Source: a virus | Length of the DNA stretch: 64,000 bases | Virus record (IMG/VR): IMGVR_UViG_3300045988_123906 | Direction: 5' to 3' (one strand) | Shown here: positions 1 through 8,687 of the stretch, in pieces | Layout of the letters: the number at the start of each line of letters is the position of its first letter | How positions within the stretch are numbered: position 1 is the first letter of the stretch | Position numbers and translations under genes: made by a program | Notes under the pieces: generated by a model | Seen by the model: only the letters and a program-made list of their open reading frames with translations | The model's database searches: none | Told to the model about the DNA's origin: nothing

Positions 1-103
1 ATCATCGAAGATATTCTGTGGTGCAACTGTGAAAACGCCGCTGAGGAAGATTGAAATGGCATTTGCTGCCATTTAATAAAACAAAAAAGAGAGGTAAAAC
101 AAA

Positions 104-613
104 ATGGATAACATGAAACTGCTCAGATACGCTCGCGCCGCCGCCGTCGACAAGTGGTGGTGCTATGACAAGATTGCTACTCAGTATGCAGGTCACCGCG
201 CTGAAAGCCTGGCTCGTAAGCTGGCTGATGAAGCAAAGGCGGATGTGAATGCAATCGCCGAGATGATTCGCGCCGAAGAAGCCAAGCGGCGTCTGAATGC
301 CGATGTGATTGCAGAGCTGAAGAATCTGGTCAAAGAGCAGGTCAAGCCGCAGCAGTCTCCCAAAGCACCGCAGACCGGGGCCCAGCGCATGAAACAGGCC
401 ATCAAAGAAGCTCCCTACGTCCTTGTTGTCAAGTGGAATAATCCTATCATGGGCGAAATGGAATACCCCTGCAAGAGTTACGCCGATGCTGAGAAAAACT
501 TTGAAACCGCCAAGCGTGAAGTTCACAATGGCAACGTAACCGAAGCCCATGTGTACGAACAGAGCGAAGGTCAGCGTGTTCCCGTGATGGGCATTTTGAG
601 TGGCAAGCTGTAA
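104..613 (+). CDS. hypothetical protein (169 aa)
   Basis: ATG ORF with a purine-rich RBS-like tract upstream (agagagg) and a TAA stop. No motif recognised. Confidence 0.6.
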   Translation: MDNMKLLRYARAAAVDKWWCYDKIATQYAGHRAESLARKLADEAKADVNAIAEMIRAEEAKRRLNADVIAELKNLVKEQVKPQQSPKAPQTGAQRMKQAIKEAPYVLVVKWNNPIMGEMEYPCKSYADAEKNFETAKREVHNGNVTEAHVYEQSEGQRVPVMGILSGKL

Positions 614-647
614 GAGTGTCGCTCCACAAGAGAGGAAATGAAATCGA

Positions 648-1130
648 ATGCTGACTGTGAAACAAGTTTTTGAATTCGCTCGTGATGGTGCGTTCGAGAC
701 GTATAAGTTTGCAACTAAGTGCGAGAATTTTGACGCAGCACATGCGCTTGCCCAGATTATCAAAGAAATTCAGAATGTCATTGACAACCTCGACAAAAAA
801 GAAAACTATATCGCCAGCTCGAATCCAGGCACTGAAACCGCTGTTCTCTTTGCTCTGAATCTGAAAGAAGGCGATGTACAGAAGCTCAAAGCGGCAAAAC
901 GTCCACAACCAGTGCAGCTGTATCAAGTTCGCGTCACCCATTTGACGGGCGACGAACAGGTGTTGCGATTTCCGATTCTGGCCGCAGCCAGTTCTACGCT
1001 CGAGCTGCTCAAATATGAGTTGGAAGTCGGGCGAATCCGTGGGGCAAAAATCGTCAGGGTAATTCCCAGTGTCGGCATGAAAGAAACTTTGGTAAGCATT
1101 GGCGAAACTGAAGGGGAGGACACTTTCTAA
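648..1130 (+). CDS. hypothetical protein (160 aa)
   Basis: ORF with upstream agaggaaa tract, packed 34 nt after the previous gene. No motif recognised. Confidence 0.6.
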   Translation: MLTVKQVFEFARDGAFETYKFATKCENFDAAHALAQIIKEIQNVIDNLDKKENYIASSNPGTETAVLFALNLKEGDVQKLKAAKRPQPVQLYQVRVTHLTGDEQVLRFPILAAASSTLELLKYELEVGRIRGAKIVRVIPSVGMKETLVSIGETEGEDTF

Positions 1131-1507
1131 TGATTTTGTCAGAGATCTATCAGATGCATGACAGATTGTGCGCCGTTGTGCTGGACCCGGAAAGCGAAAC
1201 TCTTACGCCGATTCGTGTCGTAAATTTGGATACGAAAGAGCTGACCCCGCAGTTTTTCAGTGATGCGAGGGCTGGATTTCCTGATGCGAAACCATTCCGA
1301 CCGTACAATCCCAGCAGCCTGAACTGGCTCATCATTGAAAAATATGGTCTGCTGGTTGCATCTATCAATAATCGGGGCGGATTTATCGTGTTTGAAAGTC
1401 CTGATATGTCTTCGCTGACAAAATCTCTATTCAGTAAGAAAGCGAGATTGAATTATGAGAGACGTTTTTCCTCCAGAGAAACATGCAATCGCCGTGTATC
1501 CGCTTAA
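1130..1507 (+). CDS. hypothetical protein (125 aa)
   Basis: Start overlaps the previous stop (taATGa). No motif recognised. The 3' end overlaps the next ORF by 53 nt. Confidence 0.5.
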   Translation: MILSEIYQMHDRLCAVVLDPESETLTPIRVVNLDTKELTPQFFSDARAGFPDAKPFRPYNPSSLNWLIIEKYGLLVASINNRGGFIVFESPDMSSLTKSLFSKKARLNYERRFSSRETCNRRVSA

Positions 1508-1685
1508 CAACTGGGGCGGGCTTGAGATCACAGCGATTGAAGAGGCGTGTGTTGAAGTCACAATCAACAATGGTGAGCGCCGCAAGCAGGCTGGCCGCCA
1601 CAAAATCTATCAGACGAACAAGGGCCATGCGTACTTCATTATGCATGGCTCTCGTTATTATCTGGACGAATTCACAAGAGTATAA
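1455..1685 (+). CDS. hypothetical protein (76 aa)
   Basis: ORF in the +1 frame relative to 1130-1507. RBS is weak. Real gene or frameshift partner is unresolved. Confidence 0.4.
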   Translation: MRDVFPPEKHAIAVYPLNNWGGLEITAIEEACVEVTINNGERRKQAGRHKIYQTNKGHAYFIMHGSRYYLDEFTRV

Positions 1686-1925
1686 GCGCCGCAGCAGCCG
1701 TAAGAAGCGCCGCAGCGCAGCAGTCGAAAGGAGCAATATGAATTATGTTCGCAACATACCTTAGTGATACGGATTCCACCTGGATGCAAGAGCGCCGTCA
1801 TAAGCGCCGCATCGAATTGGCTGACCCGTACTTCCTGCCCTATAGCAGACTCCGGCCGCGTGTTCAAATCGAATTGCAGTTTCACATTCTGACTCTGCCA
1901 TTCACAGTAAAGGAGGGTGATTTGA

Positions 1926-2159
1926 TTGTCTGAGCATCCTATTGTCTGGGTGTTCGCCGCCATGTTGCTTCTGGTGGGCGCACTCCAGCAAATCGGAACC
2001 GGCCTGTATTATCTGGGGTGTTTCCGCCGCTACAATCAGGTGATCGACACCCTGGCACGCTGGTTTGATACCGTAGATCCGATCGAAATGACGGAAACGA
2101 TTCGCAATTTCTTCCTCATCTCGATTGCCCTGACTCTGTTGATTGCTGTGGTCGTCTAA
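1926..2159 (+). CDS. small membrane protein (77 aa, TTG start)
   Basis: Strong aaggagg RBS about 8 nt before the TTG. Two hydrophobic stretches (VWVFAAMLLLVGAL; FFLISIALTLLIAVVV). Confidence 0.5.
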   Translation: MSEHPIVWVFAAMLLLVGALQQIGTGLYYLGCFRRYNQVIDTLARWFDTVDPIEMTETIRNFFLISIALTLLIAVVV

Positions 2160-2504
2160 GCGGCACGCAGTAATACATAAACGCAAAAAAGTGAAAGAGG
2201 TAATAAAATGCTGTACTATCGTACCAAAAATGAAGCCAACAACAAGCCCATGTATATGGGAAAGAGGCGGGACCGCAGATGATATAATCTATGAAATTTT
2301 GGTGTGATTCAAAATAATGCTTTGCAGTGGCGCTCTGGTAAAAATCGGAGCAAAAAACTGCGGAGCCCATGTCGGGCGACTGGTGGTACCGAGGCAGACG
2401 TAACCACATCCAATACAATAACATAATAAAATGTGCAAAAACGCGTGCCAATTCAATTATAGACTGCACGAAAAATTGCACAAACAGGAAAGGAAAACGC
2501 GGTC

Positions 2505-2807
2505 ATGGATATCTATATTGTCATGCAGAACGTCAAAGTCAATGATTCTGAATTTAATAGATGGCGCGACAATGGTACTTGTCCACTATCTGCTCATCGT
2601 AGTTTTGACGTGGCATTTGATACTATCTTCAAAGAATATTGTTCTATCAGAAAGCATAAAAACGTTTCGGATGTGAATTACAAAGACGGCGATGATGCTA
2701 GTCTTGAGTATACTTTTACAGACCCTATGTTTGGAGTTCAATACAAATTCGAACAGTGGGTTAGTTGTATTGAGTTAAAAGACGAGGAGGCTCTGCAGCA
2801 TGACTGA
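2505..2807 (+). CDS. hypothetical protein (100 aa)
   Basis: ORF with aggaaaggaaa tract upstream. No motif recognised. Confidence 0.55.
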   Translation: MDIYIVMQNVKVNDSEFNRWRDNGTCPLSAHRSFDVAFDTIFKEYCSIRKHKNVSDVNYKDGDDASLEYTFTDPMFGVQYKFEQWVSCIELKDEEALQHD

Positions 2808-2991
2808 CTATGCAGACGCTGGCTATCAGCTCCAGCATTACAAGATCACATTCTATGCCGACAATAATGGCAAAATCCCGCTCAAGGTGGTTCGCCGTGC
2901 ATTCGCCAGTTACGATTGTGCCAAAATGTGGGAAGCTAATGTGATGTATCAAACCCCTGAATATAACAGTGTCACGATCGAAATGGAATGA
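2800..2991 (+). CDS. hypothetical protein (63 aa)
   Basis: gaggagg RBS 9 nt upstream; overlaps the previous stop by 8 nt. Confidence 0.5.
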   Translation: MTDYADAGYQLQHYKITFYADNNGKIPLKVVRRAFASYDCAKMWEANVMYQTPEYNSVTIEME

Positions 2992-3007
2992 AAGGAGGCG
3001 GCGCAGT

Positions 3008-3352
3008 ATGTTCGTTTGGGGAATTTTTATGTCCCATGAAGACCGTGACGAAACTATTCACGACGACAAGTTTCATTACGATCTTTTTGCTACTGAAGAA
3101 CGAGCACTTGAGTATCTTAAAGAACAAGAAAAATGGTGGCATAACATCTACAATGATCCTTGTATCACAGATGCGGCTAAGAAGGAAATCTTTGGTGGTA
3201 AAAAGCCAGACGAATCCATTCGCTTATTCAAAGAGCCTGCCGAAATCTGCGGCGAAGAAGATGTATGGGTTCTTACTCGCGATTACATTTCCTCAACTGG
3301 AGCCGAAATGCGCGAAAGAATCATGGCAAAAGAACTATCAGTAAAAGAATAA
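3008..3352 (+). CDS. hypothetical protein (114 aa)
   Basis: aaaggagg RBS then ATG at 3008, an internal start of tracked ORF 2969-3352. Confidence 0.55.
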   Translation: MFVWGIFMSHEDRDETIHDDKFHYDLFATEERALEYLKEQEKWWHNIYNDPCITDAAKKEIFGGKKPDESIRLFKEPAEICGEEDVWVLTRDYISSTGAEMRERIMAKELSVKE

Positions 3353-3368
3353 GGGGGCAAACGTAGCA

Positions 3369-3683
3369 ATGGTTCTCAACATGACTGAACTTTCTATCGC
3401 CCAATGGTCCAATACCCAGCTCGATGCAGCTCGCAAGCTGTGTACAGATGGCACTCTTCATGATTGTGCGCTACCTATTATCGTGCCGACTGATTCCTCT
3501 GTCCGAGTCAGAGTTCTTGCATGGGATACGGCTGATACAGTTATGACCATGAAACCGGAAGCTGTAATTCTTCAGGGCGAACCTGTTTTTGTAAACGCAT
3601 TCCTTGAGCGATACGGTACAAGAATTCAGTGTTACTCTCCTTGCTACGCTGATGGCAAGTTCGTGCAGTTCAGGAGGTTCTGA
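3369..3683 (+). CDS. hypothetical protein (104 aa)
   Basis: ORF with aaggggg tract upstream. No motif recognised. Confidence 0.55.
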   Translation: MVLNMTELSIAQWSNTQLDAARKLCTDGTLHDCALPIIVPTDSSVRVRVLAWDTADTVMTMKPEAVILQGEPVFVNAFLERYGTRIQCYSPCYADGKFVQFRRF

Positions 3684-3684
3684 T

Positions 3685-3912
3685 ATGTGTCAAAAATGCA
3701 GTTGGACATTAAATAACCATATTCTCTGGAACAGTAAGGGAAAATGGCTGTTCACATCAAAGAAAAACTATCTAGCAGAAGACATTGATATGAGTTTGGT
3801 TGAAAATTTTGGCACTGATTATACTGCTGCATTACTTAGTATTATTGATAAGCACGGATTCGATGTATTCAATGATACCTGCGTTATGAGTGGTAATACG
3901 CCACAGGTATAA
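3685..3912 (+). CDS. hypothetical protein (75 aa)
   Basis: aggagg RBS 7 nt before ATG 3685, in frame with tracked ORF 3604-3912. Confidence 0.5.
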   Translation: MCQKCSWTLNNHILWNSKGKWLFTSKKNYLAEDIDMSLVENFGTDYTAALLSIIDKHGFDVFNDTCVMSGNTPQV

Positions 3913-3943
3913 GTGCCGTTGGCGCAGAAAGGAGACCCGCAAG

Positions 3944-4210
3944 ATGTCTGACTGGAAACTCGGTAAGGATATGATTCCCAGCGATACGATTCTTGATCCT
4001 GTCACATTTGATGACTTGATCCTGGCTCTGAAATGCAACTGTGAGCGCATCACGCCGGATACGGTCATTATTCAGGCGACGGAGATTATCAATCAGCGGC
4101 TGGAAGATTGGAAGTATCTGCTCGAAAATAACATGGAAGAAATCATTGCGCTGGCAACGGATGAACCGCTTGAAGACGCTGGCCACGATGATATCACACT
4201 CGAAGAGTAA
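3944..4210 (+). CDS. hypothetical acidic protein (88 aa)
   Basis: aaaggag RBS before ATG 3944, in frame with tracked ORF 3890-4210. Confidence 0.55.
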   Translation: MSDWKLGKDMIPSDTILDPVTFDDLILALKCNCERITPDTVIIQATEIINQRLEDWKYLLENNMEEIIALATDEPLEDAGHDDITLEE

Positions 4211-4231
4211 CAGGAGAGGAGGTTTTGCCAG

Positions 4232-4567
4232 ATGACATTCAATGAAGCAGTCGGTGTTCATTTTTGTGATATTGACAACGAAACCGATAAGCGGCTTACG
4301 TTCCGCGAACTCAACATTCGTTATATCAATCATCTTGGAGGTTTGGATGCGGTCAAACCGTACATCCCGTTCGAACTTGACTACTTGATTCCGAAATATC
4401 AACAAGATCGTCATCTTAACAATACCTCTTTAAGAATCTGGGATGATGCTGCGAATGGAATTAAAGATCTTTGCTATCAACACCATGTCACATGCACAAG
4501 TCAGGCCGAACGAGTTAGTGTGCTGAAAGAAGCGGCCGCGATTCTGTGTGAACGAGTGGCGCAATAA
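4232..4567 (+). CDS. hypothetical protein (111 aa)
   Basis: aggagaggagg RBS upstream. No motif recognised. Confidence 0.6.
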   Translation: MTFNEAVGVHFCDIDNETDKRLTFRELNIRYINHLGGLDAVKPYIPFELDYLIPKYQQDRHLNNTSLRIWDDAANGIKDLCYQHHVTCTSQAERVSVLKEAAAILCERVAQ

Positions 4568-4580
4568 GAGGAGTGTTAAT

Positions 4581-4862
4581 TTGTATACGATCAAAGTAAC
4601 ATATCGTGCGGCAATCGCAACAAGCACGCGGCTCGATTATAAGAAGGCTACTTACCAGTTCGAATCTGTGCCGAATGATGTGGTCGATACGCTGTGTGCT
4701 GCCATTGATACAGAGTATAAGAAGCGATCAAAAGATCAGCATAGTGTGATGATTCACCTTGAGGCAGCGCTTGAGACCATGGAACGATTCAGAAAGCGCA
4801 TGTACGTGCCGAACTCCATCGAGAGCGTTGAGATCGTTGACGCAGAAGAAAATGGCGACTAA
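4581..4862 (+). CDS. hypothetical protein, tandem paralog 1 (TTG start)
   Basis: agaggag RBS 7 nt before TTG 4581. The protein aligns with the product of 4927-5190 (IKVTY..DVVDTL..YVPNSIESVEIV versus VQITY..KVVESL..FIPTSIKMIQVV). Confidence 0.5.
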   Translation: MYTIKVTYRAAIATSTRLDYKKATYQFESVPNDVVDTLCAAIDTEYKKRSKDQHSVMIHLEAALETMERFRKRMYVPNSIESVEIVDAEENGD

Positions 4863-4926
4863 TCAACGCCTGTTAGTTGTTGAGCAAAACTCCAAACGGT
4901 TGTATAATGAAAAGGAGCGTAACAGT

Positions 4927-5190
4927 ATGAAGTCAGTACAGATTACATACGATGCAAAAGTTAAGATCGGAACCAGCTATGAGCGCGGCGAAGCATGTAC
5001 GCAGCTCGATTTCCTTGACGATAAGGTTGTGGAGAGCCTGATCGCTGATGTGAATGCGGCACCTGCTGAACAGAGTTCGCACTGGTTCGATCTGCTTCAG
5101 ACGCTTACCTTTATGAACATGCTGCAAGGACGAATCTTCATTCCGACTTCAATCAAGATGATTCAGGTCGTTGCTGAGATTCCGAATTAA
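4927..5190 (+). CDS. hypothetical protein, tandem paralog 2
   Basis: aaaaggag RBS before ATG 4927. Paralogous to 4581-4862. Confidence 0.55.
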   Translation: MKSVQITYDAKVKIGTSYERGEACTQLDFLDDKVVESLIADVNAAPAEQSSHWFDLLQTLTFMNMLQGRIFIPTSIKMIQVVAEIPN

Positions 5191-5220
5191 GTCATAAAAG
5201 AACGAGTGATACTACAAGAT

Positions 5221-5254
5221 TGTTGAAAACTCACTTGTTCAAAATGTTGAAAAC
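5221..5254 (+). promoter_or_regulatory. two direct copies of TGTTGAAAAC (candidate operator or regulator site)
   Basis: Identical 10-mers at 5221-5230 and 5245-5254 in a 260-nt AT-rich ORF-free gap. The same 9-10-mer recurs twice at 6720-6740. Confidence 0.35.
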
Positions 5255-5450
5255 TTAATCGCTGATTCATTCTTTCGCTTGCAACAATAATTCATTCCTA
5301 TTTCGAACTCAAACTCAATTACGCAATCGCCAATGAACAAGCGACGCGAAAATAAAATTGATGATTAAGTTTAAGAGGATTATAGGAGATAAAGGAGATT
5401 GTTAAGGGGAAAAAGAACCATCAGGGAGAAAAAGAGAAAGAAGGGTTTTT

Positions 5451-5807
5451 ATGGCGAGCTTAGATCTTGGCGTACACGAATTCAAACCGGAGGACTTCCT
5501 CAAGCTGGTCCAGCAGCACGATGACTTCACGATTGTGTGCGGCTCGAAATCTTATCTGCAGATCCATGTGCCTACAAAGTGGGTTCAGCTGGGCAAGACC
5601 ACTCGTGGGACGGATTACCTGACCTGCCGCAACAAACGCAAGAGAGACGGTCATCTGTTCAAAATTTACGGAAGTAAGTTTGTTTTCGAGATCACTGACA
5701 CCGTACATGGATTGAGCGGAGTTTTGAAAACTGATCGAAGCGACGATGAATTTGTTGTTTCGATGTGGAAGGCAGAAGGTTTTGTCTTTGACAGTGATGA
5801 CGAATAA
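5451..5807 (+). CDS. hypothetical protein (118 aa)
   Basis: First ORF after the AT-rich gap, with a purine-rich leader. No motif recognised. Confidence 0.6.
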   Translation: MASLDLGVHEFKPEDFLKLVQQHDDFTIVCGSKSYLQIHVPTKWVQLGKTTRGTDYLTCRNKRKRDGHLFKIYGSKFVFEITDTVHGLSGVLKTDRSDDEFVVSMWKAEGFVFDSDDE

Positions 5808-5820
5808 GGAGCGATAAATC

Positions 5821-6201
5821 GTGGAAGAAATCATAATGAAAGCCATTCCTGAGCATGGCGGCGTTTCGATGTCCCGGGCTGAGCAGGAGACCATCATCAC
5901 CATTGGCGCTCTGGATAAGACGGCCGATGTGTGCACCAACGATCCTGTTTACTGGCGCAAGCTTGATGCCATGTGCGAGAAGCATCCTGACGAGTACAAG
6001 CTCACCAAGATCCATCGCACGAAAGACGGGTTGATCCTGTGTAAGTGGTATTCGGTGCCGCGTAAGCTGGTTCGGTTCGGAACGCCGATAGCGCCTCGCG
6101 AACTGACCGATGAACAGCGTGCAGAACTTCGTGAGCGAATGAAAAAGGTACAAGCGGCTCGACAGAATAAGGCCAGCATCGATTCTCAGCCGAATTCATA
6201 A
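5821..6201 (+). CDS. hypothetical protein (126 aa, GTG start; ATG alternative at 5836)
   Basis: aaggag RBS 9 nt before GTG 5821. Basic C-terminal helix (RELTDEQRAELRERMKK). Confidence 0.55.
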   Translation: MEEIIMKAIPEHGGVSMSRAEQETIITIGALDKTADVCTNDPVYWRKLDAMCEKHPDEYKLTKIHRTKDGLILCKWYSVPRKLVRFGTPIAPRELTDEQRAELRERMKKVQAARQNKASIDSQPNS

Positions 6202-6418
6202 AGAGTTTGACTGTATTCTAAACATACATCATGGTTCGGTAATGAAATTACTCTACTGAGATGTGTTAGGTGTTTTTGCCTTGTAATTCTATTAAAGAAA
6301 ACAGCAAGGTTTGAATCAGGAGGTGAATGAGATGAACGCAATGCCCTTCGACGATTCCGCATAGCGCAAGCAGAGTCGCCGCGAAACAGATTGAGATGAA
6401 TAGCAAGTCGAAAGGTTT

Positions 6419-6680
6419 GCACGTTTAGGCCAAGCCGAACGGAACGAATTGTTAGAGTGAGATACCCCCACCCGTGGCTGCCACTGGAGGACCGAGGAGC
6501 TCAGCAGGTGACCCTACAGGGAGGAACTCACGGTACTTACGGTAGAGCCCAAATAGAAATACAGCGATGATGCGTCACTCCGAAATCCCGAACTGCGCTC
6601 GCAGCTCAACCGCAGCTCATCAACGCTGCCGGCTGCAGCGATCGCATGTGAGGCACAGGACTCCACAGATATTTAGATCT
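6419..6680 (+). ncRNA. GC-rich structured module A1 (family of four; function unknown)
   Basis: 5' box GCACGTTTAGGCCAAGCCGAACGGAACGAATTGTTAGA (6419-6456) is identical to 6816-6853. 3' box ATTTAGATC at 6671-6679. The interior is GC-rich and hairpin-dense, with no RBS-led ORF. Confidence 0.45.
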
Positions 6681-6719
6681 CAATTTGAAACAAAAGTACA
6701 TAATCAAATAAGAAAGCGA

Positions 6720-6740
6720 GTTGAAAACTATGTTGAAAAC
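6720..6740 (+). promoter_or_regulatory. two further copies of (T)GTTGAAAAC
   Basis: GTTGAAAAC at 6720-6728 and TGTTGAAAAC at 6731-6740, between modules A1 and A2. Confidence 0.35.
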
Positions 6741-6815
6741 CGGTCCTCCCATGTGAGGAATCTCGTATTTTACGAGCAGATTTGTGATGAATTGTTATCT
6801 GGTTTTACCATGATA

Positions 6816-7058
6816 GCACGTTTAGGCCAAGCCGAACGGAACGAATTGTTAGACTGAGGGGACACCCCCGAGGAAGGCGGAAGACGCGTCGACTGCAGGT
6901 ACCAGACATCGCTGGCCACACCGAACGGTGCCATCAGGGGGTCAAATGAAACTTAAAACACCCCAACCGACGCATCCAACAACCAAATTTGGGCCACAAC
7001 CCCTGGTTCATGAAAGATCTCCATCTCCAGCTAGTAGCTTCAGACAGATTTAGATCAC
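6816..7058 (+). ncRNA. GC-rich structured module A2
   Basis: Same 38-nt 5' box as A1 and 3' box ATTTAGATCAC at 7048-7058. Contains the helix CCCCCGA/TCAGGGGG and the hairpin CACCGaaCGGTG. Confidence 0.45.
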
Positions 7059-7189
7059 AAATCGCCTATATTATAATAATGAAGGTTGTGATAAGAGCAA
7101 CAAATACAAACAAAATGTAATGCTGTCATTTGTGAATATTTTCCAATTGACAACGATACGTTTTTGTGTAATACTTGTTTCAAGCGAAA

Positions 7190-7205
7190 CACACTTTACA
7201 ATACC
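7190..7205 (+). promoter_or_regulatory. CACACTTTACA motif copy 1 (candidate phage promoter)
   Basis: AAACACACTTTACAATACC about 25 nt upstream of the 7229 start. The motif recurs at 12668, 37060 and 49931, and inverted at 35335. Confidence 0.4.
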
Positions 7206-7228
7206 AAACGAAAAGGATGAGGTAAAAA

Positions 7229-8629
7229 ATGAATGCGAATGTAGTAATGCAAGTAGCCACCACCAAGCAGTTCGGTGACATGGAGATTCAGGTCTATGAG
7301 AATCCGGCGGTCGATCACACCAGAGCTCAGGATGATTTCTATATGACCCGTGAGCAGATTGGCACGGCGTTGGGATATAAGAATCCTTCAATTTCGATTG
7401 GAACGATTCACAAGCGCAATGCGGCTCGTCTCGACCCGCTTTCAGGGTTAATCAATTTGATTAACCCTTGTGGAAAACAGCAGACCTACGTATATAATAT
7501 GCGTGGTGTCATGGAGATCTGCCGTTACAGCACTCAACCCAAAGCGAATGCTTTCATTGATTTCTGCTGGGATGTGATCGCCGCTCTGATGCGGGGTGAA
7601 ACCGTATCGCTGAATGCCAATCAGACTGAGCTCAAGCGGCAGGAGCGATTCGACAAGATGACTCAGACGCTGACGGAGATTCATTCTAAGATGGACGCTC
7701 TCGAAGCCGCACGCCAGCAGGACCGCAACGCTCTCGACAATGTGTTGTTCGTCTGTAAGCAGCTGGAACGAAAGCTTATCTCGATGGGTCAGCCGCAGAA
7801 GCAGCCTGAGCAGACCGCCACAACTGCCACAGTCACCGCAAAGGAAACCCACACCACTACATACAAAGGACGCAGCGAATGGCGGACTGAGATTTACAAG
7901 CTCGGCAACTCTATCGCTCGCATGACTGGTCTGACGCTGAATGCGGTTCTGAAACAGGCTTATGATTATATCGGTCGCAACTATGGCTGGTATTTCAAAG
8001 ACGAACGCAAGGCGTATGTTGAGCGGGTCGGCTACATGGGTGACATCAAGAACCTCAGCGGCTTGGACATTATCGAGGACAGCGAAACGTGGAAGTCGAT
8101 CTTTATGTCGATCATGAAGGATCGGTATGATAACGAAAAGCATGACGCTGAGGTCCGAAAGGGGATTAAGTCTGCACTCACCAAGAAGCCGCCTATGATC
8201 CCTGCTGATATGATTCCTACTCGCCACAGAGTAGAACCTGCTCCCGAGGTCGTTGCTGAAGAACCCGCACCGGTCGTTGTGGCCGAGGCTCACGCGGTCG
8301 AGATTGAAACACCGGCGGCTGAAACACCGGCAGTCGAAGCTCCTGCGGTCGAAGAGCCGAAAAAGAAATATTATTACTACAAGCCGAGTATTACGCTTCC
8401 GATCGTTGAACCCATTGCAAAAAAGCTGGGCGATAAGACGCTTGGGTATTGGGTTACCTATGCAAAGATCTATGACGCAATCGGCACTGCAAAGATGGAC
8501 CGAATGCGTAAAGCGTATGTACGTTCTCACAATAAGCCGCCCAAGTCTACTCCTGATATCTTCCAGAATTCTGATAAGAACATGAAAGTGTTTAAGGAGG
8601 CTGCAAAGATCGTGGCGGCAGCTATCTAA
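7229..8629 (+). CDS. Bro-N/ANT-like (antirepressor-type) DNA-binding protein with Pro/Ala/Glu/Val-rich linker
   Basis: The N-terminal segment FGDMEIQVYEN..FYMTREQIGTALGYKNPSISIGTIHKRN resembles phage Bro-N/ANT domains (recalled pattern). Low-complexity EPAPVVVAE/ETPAVEAPAVEEP linker. First gene after the 1-kb regulatory gap. Confidence 0.55.
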   Translation: MNANVVMQVATTKQFGDMEIQVYENPAVDHTRAQDDFYMTREQIGTALGYKNPSISIGTIHKRNAARLDPLSGLINLINPCGKQQTYVYNMRGVMEICRYSTQPKANAFIDFCWDVIAALMRGETVSLNANQTELKRQERFDKMTQTLTEIHSKMDALEAARQQDRNALDNVLFVCKQLERKLISMGQPQKQPEQTATTATVTAKETHTTTYKGRSEWRTEIYKLGNSIARMTGLTLNAVLKQAYDYIGRNYGWYFKDERKAYVERVGYMGDIKNLSGLDIIEDSETWKSIFMSIMKDRYDNEKHDAEVRKGIKSALTKKPPMIPADMIPTRHRVEPAPEVVAEEPAPVVVAEAHAVEIETPAAETPAVEAPAVEEPKKKYYYYKPSITLPIVEPIAKKLGDKTLGYWVTYAKIYDAIGTAKMDRMRKAYVRSHNKPPKSTPDIFQNSDKNMKVFKEAAKIVAAAI

Positions 8630-8687
8630 GCTATCTACTTCCTCCATTAGCCTTTGAGGCTGGCAGCCGGGAAAGACCGGCATATAA

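Noticed and set aside
1430-1510. The 53-nt overlap of ORFs 1130-1507 and 1455-1685 near a T5 run could be a programmed frameshift.
   Set aside because: The required shift is +1, and the T run does not form a recognisable slippery heptamer in the zero frame. Both ORFs can stand alone, so the evidence is insufficient.
6419-6853. The two identical 38-nt boxes could be read as a mini CRISPR array.
   Set aside because: There are only two exact copies, about 360 nt apart, which is far beyond spacer length. The third and fourth copies are diverged with indels. No cas genes are present.
8220-8360. Repetitive GAAxCxGCx DNA encodes EPAPVVVAE/ETPAVEAPAVEEP in gene 7229-8629.
   Set aside because: It is an in-frame low-complexity Pro/Ala/Glu/Val linker within a continuous ORF, not an independent repeat element.
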